A stretch of 32,000 bases of DNA from Ignicoccus pacificus DSM 13166. GTDB taxonomy: Archaea > Thermoproteota > Thermoprotei_A > Sulfolobales > Ignicoccaceae. A program made the position numbers and the translations under genes. The notes under the pieces were generated by a model that was given only the letters and a program-made list of their open reading frames with translations, had not been told where the DNA came from and made no database searches. This document shows positions 28,361 to 32,000 of this stretch, piece by piece. The DNA lies in contig CP006868.1 in assembly GCA_025340205.1 (NCBI GenBank), positions 30,001 through 62,000 of the forward strand. Reading direction: 5' to 3'. Positions within the stretch are counted from its first letter, which is position 1. Every line of letters starts with the position of its first letter.

Positions 28361-29200
28361 TCACCAGTATTGCCACATGGTCATCGGACTAAAGCTTTCG
28401 CTTGGACACACCTTTCCCTCCTCCACTCTCTTGAGAGCCTTTCTCAAAGGTAAGGCGTCCAAGGCTACTGTTATCAATAGAGCTGCCAACCCCTTCCATC
28501 TCCCAAACTCCTCGAGTCTCCTCCAATCCCCGTAAGCCTTCTCTGCAACTCTTTCCAGCCATCTATCTAATGGTAGTTCAGAGTAATCCCTGCAGCTAAA
28601 CATCTTCACTAATGCGAAGGTATATTTTCCAATACCCTTTACCCTAAGCAACTCCTCTATGTTTGAACAATCGATGTTTTGACGTAAGGCTTCCATTATA
28701 GTCTTAGCTCGATAGCCAAACCCACATCTCCTCAGAGCGTTTTCGTCCACCTCTCCTAATGATAAATATTCTCTACCGAATGCCTTGTACTTTACTGAGA
28801 TTGTCCTATAAAGTCTGTAAACGTTTCCCCATGCTTGTTTGAAACTGGCGTTTTGTTGAGCAACCGCTATCACTATAGCTTCCTTGAGCGAAAGGGTCCG
28901 GGGTCTGAGACCTGGATACCTTTCTACGACACAGCGAAGAAGAGGGTCATCCTTTGCCATTTCGATGAATTCGCCGTGGTCCTCATGCAATCCCAAAACT
29001 TTTTCCAGGTCTCCTTCCCTTCCCCAACATTCCTTCTCTATTTTGTCCTTACATACCTTAAAGATGCAGTCTCCCGCTTTTACGTATCCACACTTGCCGT
29101 CAAACTGCCAACTGAAGGCATACATCTGGAGGGACTCTATCGGATAATTCGCTGGAAGCATTTTTCTTGAAACCCATGAGGTCCTTATCACATAGATCAT
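28361..29200 (-). CDS. HhH-GPD DNA glycosylase (N-glycosylase/DNA lyase, Ogg-like)
   Basis: IVIAVAQQNASFKQAWGNVYRL and EELLRVKGIGKYTFALVKMFSCRDYSELPLDRWLERV (HhH followed by GPD-type Asp). Confidence 0.82.
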   Translation of the reverse strand: MIYVIRTSWVSRKMLPANYPIESLQMYAFSWQFDGKCGYVKAGDCIFKVCKDKIEKECWGREGDLEKVLGLHEDHGEFIEMAKDDPLLRCVVERYPGLRPRTLSLKEAIVIAVAQQNASFKQAWGNVYRLYRTISVKYKAFGREYLSLGEVDENALRRCGFGYRAKTIMEALRQNIDCSNIEELLRVKGIGKYTFALVKMFSCRDYSELPLDRWLERVAEKAYGDWRRLEEFGRWKGLAALLITVALDALPLRKALKRVEEGKVCPSESFSPMTMWQYW

Positions 29201-29350
29201 CCTTTTACTTGACTGATCATGTAGTGAATAGAATATCTACCCAGTCAATTTTGCTGTTCATGCGGTTTGAGTATTAGGGTTATGTTGAACAAACGGTATA
29301 TCTCAACAATTCTCATTTAAGTAATATGAATGTGATAGTACCGAAGAACC

Positions 29351-30511
29351 ATGACAAAAAGAGTCTTGTTCTTGGGTGCGGGTCCTTGTACTCTAGTAGC
29401 TATTAGGAGGCTTAGGGAAGGACCTCCTGAAATTCAAGACCAGCTCGATATGACCATAATAACCAACAGTGAATGGCACTATTTCCCTCCCCTCTTCGCT
29501 GATTTGGCCCTAGGAGAGGTTACCGTTGACAAGATTAGGGCACCAGCAAAGAACATAGCTGAGCGTTACAACGCCAAGTTCGTTCTCGACGAAGTAACCA
29601 AGGTCGACCCAGCTAACAGAAGGGTGACCACTAAGGGAGGCAAGACCTTCAACTACGACTACCTCTTCATCTGCCTAGGAGTGAGGAACGCTCCAGAGGT
29701 AATTCCCGGACTGGCTGAGCACGGTTACCACAACTACTCCTTGGAAGGAGCCTTGAGGATGAGGGAAGCCTTAGCGAAGTTCAAGGGAGGGGATATAGTA
29801 GTCTTGACGCCGGAGACTCCTTATAGGTGTGGATGCTACCCCTTCGAGATCGTGGGAAGGATAAAGTACTTCGCTCAGAGAAAGAACAAAAACGCCAAGG
29901 TTCATCTCGTTCACGTCATGACCGAGCAAGAGATACTCGGTGCCTTCAAGGACGTGGCGAGGCAGTTCATGAGATTACACAAGAAGATGGGAATCGAATA
30001 TCATACAGGAAAGAAGGTAGAGAGAGTGGAGAAGAACAAACTCATATTCCAGAATGGAGAAACTATGCACTATGACTTACTCATTTACGTTCCCCCGGTA
30101 AGGGTTCCCAGACCAGTTGAGGGAGTGAGGGAGCTAATTGCTAATCCTAAGGTAATGAAGACTACATTCCCTGAGTTCAGAAATCCTACGTATAAAGAGA
30201 TATTCCTACCAACTGACGGAGCCCTCCCCTCGATAGGACTCCCCATAGCCGGCATATTCATGCACGCAGCAGCGGTAGCGGCCGCCGACTCGCTCATAGC
30301 AGAGCTAACCGGAGTTAGGGCGACCGTTCCCTATCCCCAGCAAATAGTGGCAGTAACGGACTTCGGTCCTACCGGTTACCTAGTGAGTTTCGACGTTGAT
30401 GACAAGGGAGATGGTACAGCTACACAGAAGATGTACGTAACTTCAATAAACCCAATGATAAAGTTTATGAAACTTTCGTTCTATCTAGGATGGATAGAAT
30501 CGCTTAAGTGA
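29351..30511 (+). CDS. FAD-dependent pyridine nucleotide-disulfide oxidoreductase, SQR-like
   Basis: VLFLGAGPCTLVAIRRL N-terminal Rossmann, SEWHYFPPLFADLALGEVT, YDYLFICLGVRNAPEVIPGL, PYRCGCYPFEIVGRI, GIFMHAAAVAAADSLIAELTG. Confidence 0.85.
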   Translation: MTKRVLFLGAGPCTLVAIRRLREGPPEIQDQLDMTIITNSEWHYFPPLFADLALGEVTVDKIRAPAKNIAERYNAKFVLDEVTKVDPANRRVTTKGGKTFNYDYLFICLGVRNAPEVIPGLAEHGYHNYSLEGALRMREALAKFKGGDIVVLTPETPYRCGCYPFEIVGRIKYFAQRKNKNAKVHLVHVMTEQEILGAFKDVARQFMRLHKKMGIEYHTGKKVERVEKNKLIFQNGETMHYDLLIYVPPVRVPRPVEGVRELIANPKVMKTTFPEFRNPTYKEIFLPTDGALPSIGLPIAGIFMHAAAVAAADSLIAELTGVRATVPYPQQIVAVTDFGPTGYLVSFDVDDKGDGTATQKMYVTSINPMIKFMKLSFYLGWIESLK

Positions 30512-30522
30512 GGTGAGGTAAC

Positions 30523-30972
30523 GTGGAGAAGGCGAATCCCCTCGAGAAGATAGAGATGGAAAAGGTGGAAGAGGCAACTAAGGCGCTTGAGAGGCTATTA
30601 GAGGCTCTGGCAAAGCTGAAGGAGACTGGTACCCTAGACATGCTCGTTGCCTTAGCTGAGATGTCTGAGGAGATACTGGAACTAGGACTTAACGATAGGA
30701 GACTTCACCATGCTATGGCTGCTGGAGAAGGAGCATTAAATTCCTTAGAGGATGTAGATCCGATAAATCTGAAGGCGAATATCGAAGTACTCAGTGGATG
30801 TACTATGAAGGCCCTAGAGAATCCAGAACTCTTGAAGAACATAAAGCCCATGGGACTATTCTCATTATTAAGTGTAGCTAAGGATCCAGACGTCGGTACT
30901 GGACTGGCAGTAATGATTGCCTTGGCAAAGATGGTAGGTAAATGCATTAGGGAGCAGACAAAGAACCTTTGA
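30523..30972 (+). CDS. DUF1641-like protein
   Basis: 149 aa helical protein with KPMGLFSLLSVAKDPDVGTGLAVMIALAKMVG, next to SQR-like gene; GGTG 7 nt before GTG start. Confidence 0.65.
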   Translation: MEKANPLEKIEMEKVEEATKALERLLEALAKLKETGTLDMLVALAEMSEEILELGLNDRRLHHAMAAGEGALNSLEDVDPINLKANIEVLSGCTMKALENPELLKNIKPMGLFSLLSVAKDPDVGTGLAVMIALAKMVGKCIREQTKNL

Positions 30973-30987
30973 TGAAAACTTTTAAAC

Positions 30988-31004
30988 CCTAGTAACGCTA
31001 GGGT
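30988..31004. repeat. Inverted repeat CCCTAG-TAACG-CTAGGG
   Basis: Perfect 6-bp arms, 5-nt spacer, directly after TTTTAAA (TATA-like) and upstream of the tRNA. Confidence 0.6.
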
Positions 31005-31022
31005 GAAACGGCGGGGAGACCT

Positions 31023-31099
31023 AGCGGGGTAGGGCAGCCTGGTAGCCCGCGGGGCTCATAACCCCGAGGTCGGTGGTTCAAATCCACCCCCCGCTACCA
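31023..31099 (+). tRNA. Initiator tRNA-Met (CAT), CCA encoded
   Basis: AGCGGGG...CCCCGCT-ACCA acceptor with A1-T72, anticodon arm CGGGG-CTCATAA-CCCCG with consecutive GC pairs, T-arm GGTGG-TTCAAAT-CCACC. Confidence 0.93.
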
Positions 31100-31161
31100 C
31101 GCGGGGCCCCGCCACCAATCCTTCTAAACTTCCAGCAGTTCCCCCTCATGGTAGACTTCCC

Positions 31162-31947
31162 ATGGATCTGGGCTTGAGGGGAAAGAGGGTCCTAGTAACG
31201 GCTTCCACTAAGGGAATAGGTTACGCTGTAGCGAAGAAGATGTTGAGCGAAGGAGCTAAGGTATTCATCACATCTAGGAGCGAGGAGAACGTTAGAAGGG
31301 CGCTTGAAAGCCTCGAGGAGATAGGAGAAGTCTACGGAATTCCAGCAGACTTGACGGTTAGAGAGGATAGGGAAAGGATAGTAAAAAGTGCAAGGGAAGC
31401 CTTAGGCGGCATAGACATCTTCGTCTTTAATACGGGAGGACCCCCGCCAAAGGCCTTCTTGGATACTACTTTGGAGGAGTGGGAACACTCATACAAGCTC
31501 TTGCTCGAAAGCGCCGTTCACTTAACCAAGATGATACTTCCGGAAATGCTCGACAGGGGATGGGGGAGGATAGTCTATATAACAAGCGTAGCTATAAAAA
31601 TGCCCATAGAAGGCTTGGTCCTTTCCAATAGCATAAGATTAGGGATAGCGGGTCTAATGAAGACTATAGCCAGGGAAGTAAGCGGTAAGGAGGTAACGGT
31701 GAACGCGGTCTTGCCTGGTTATACCTTAACTGATAGAATGAAAGAAGTCTTGGAGAGTAGGGCCAAGAGAGAAGGAAAGACTTTCGAAGAGGTGGTGGAG
31801 GAGATAAGCGAGAGCATACCTCTAAGGAGGCTCGCGATGCCGGAAGAGGTAGCGAACGTAGTAGCCTTCCTGGCTTCGGAGGCGGCATCTTACGTCAACG
31901 GAGCTTTCGTTCCCGTCGACGGGGGGCTTATTCCCACGGTATTCTAA
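31162..31947 (+). CDS. Short-chain dehydrogenase/reductase
   Basis: LRGKRVLVTASTKGIGYAVAKKMLSEGAKVFITSR, NTGG, catalytic-region and AREVSGKEVTVNAVLPGYTLTDRM, YVNGAFVPVDGG. Confidence 0.92.
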   Translation: MDLGLRGKRVLVTASTKGIGYAVAKKMLSEGAKVFITSRSEENVRRALESLEEIGEVYGIPADLTVREDRERIVKSAREALGGIDIFVFNTGGPPPKAFLDTTLEEWEHSYKLLLESAVHLTKMILPEMLDRGWGRIVYITSVAIKMPIEGLVLSNSIRLGIAGLMKTIAREVSGKEVTVNAVLPGYTLTDRMKEVLESRAKREGKTFEEVVEEISESIPLRRLAMPEEVANVVAFLASEAASYVNGAFVPVDGGLIPTVF

Positions 31948-32000
31948 GGATCTCACCCTTTCTTTTGCGAGATATCCCTTCCTACCCCTAGATATCAAAG

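Noticed and set aside
1-32000. CRISPR arrays, rRNA genes, transposases or integrases, toxin-antitoxin pairs
   Set aside because: No regularly spaced direct repeats, rRNA-like segments or recombinase motifs seen while reading the sequence and ORF translations.

Overview
Gene-dense archaeal chromosome segment. Gene content suggests a hyperthermophilic crenarchaeon, Ignicoccus/Desulfurococcales-like; this is inference from families, not a database match. It carries: part of an A-type ATP synthase operon (atpB, atpD, a short G/H-like coiled-coil ORF missing from the ORF track, atpK); hemL-hemC; a three-gene minus-strand cluster of unknown function; an AMMECR1 protein; an eL38-like ORF; a beta-CASP nuclease; NAC; a COG1709-like regulator; an intron-containing tRNA-Pro; a polyferredoxin; a purF homologue; ccmE/ccmB-like genes; a complex-I-like block (nuoL-nuoM-nuoA-nuoB-nuoCD); an MFS transporter; a TadA/PilB-type ATPase with two TadC-like membrane proteins; trpB2-type; a flavodiiron protein; a HhH-GPD DNA glycosylase; an SQR-like flavoprotein with a DUF1641-like partner; initiator tRNA-Met; and an SDR. 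There is no CRISPR, rRNA or obvious mobile element. Strongest oddities: (1) PurF keeps its PRPP-binding motifs but has lost the N-terminal catalytic Cys and other glutaminase motifs; (2) hemL has no ATG/GTG/TTG that could encode its conserved N-terminus and probably starts at CTG; (3) NuoD keeps one Cys of each hydrogenase-like CxxC pair; (4) CcmE-like protein has a CxxxY heme motif; (5) a 34-aa Cys-rich ORF lies in frame after the TGA of a DNA glycosylase and resembles the distal half of an endonuclease III Fe-S loop; (6) tRNA-Pro has about 35 nt of extra sequence in the anticodon arm; (7) a multi-cluster ferredoxin protein of unknown role. I do not claim a wholly new defence or mobile system here.
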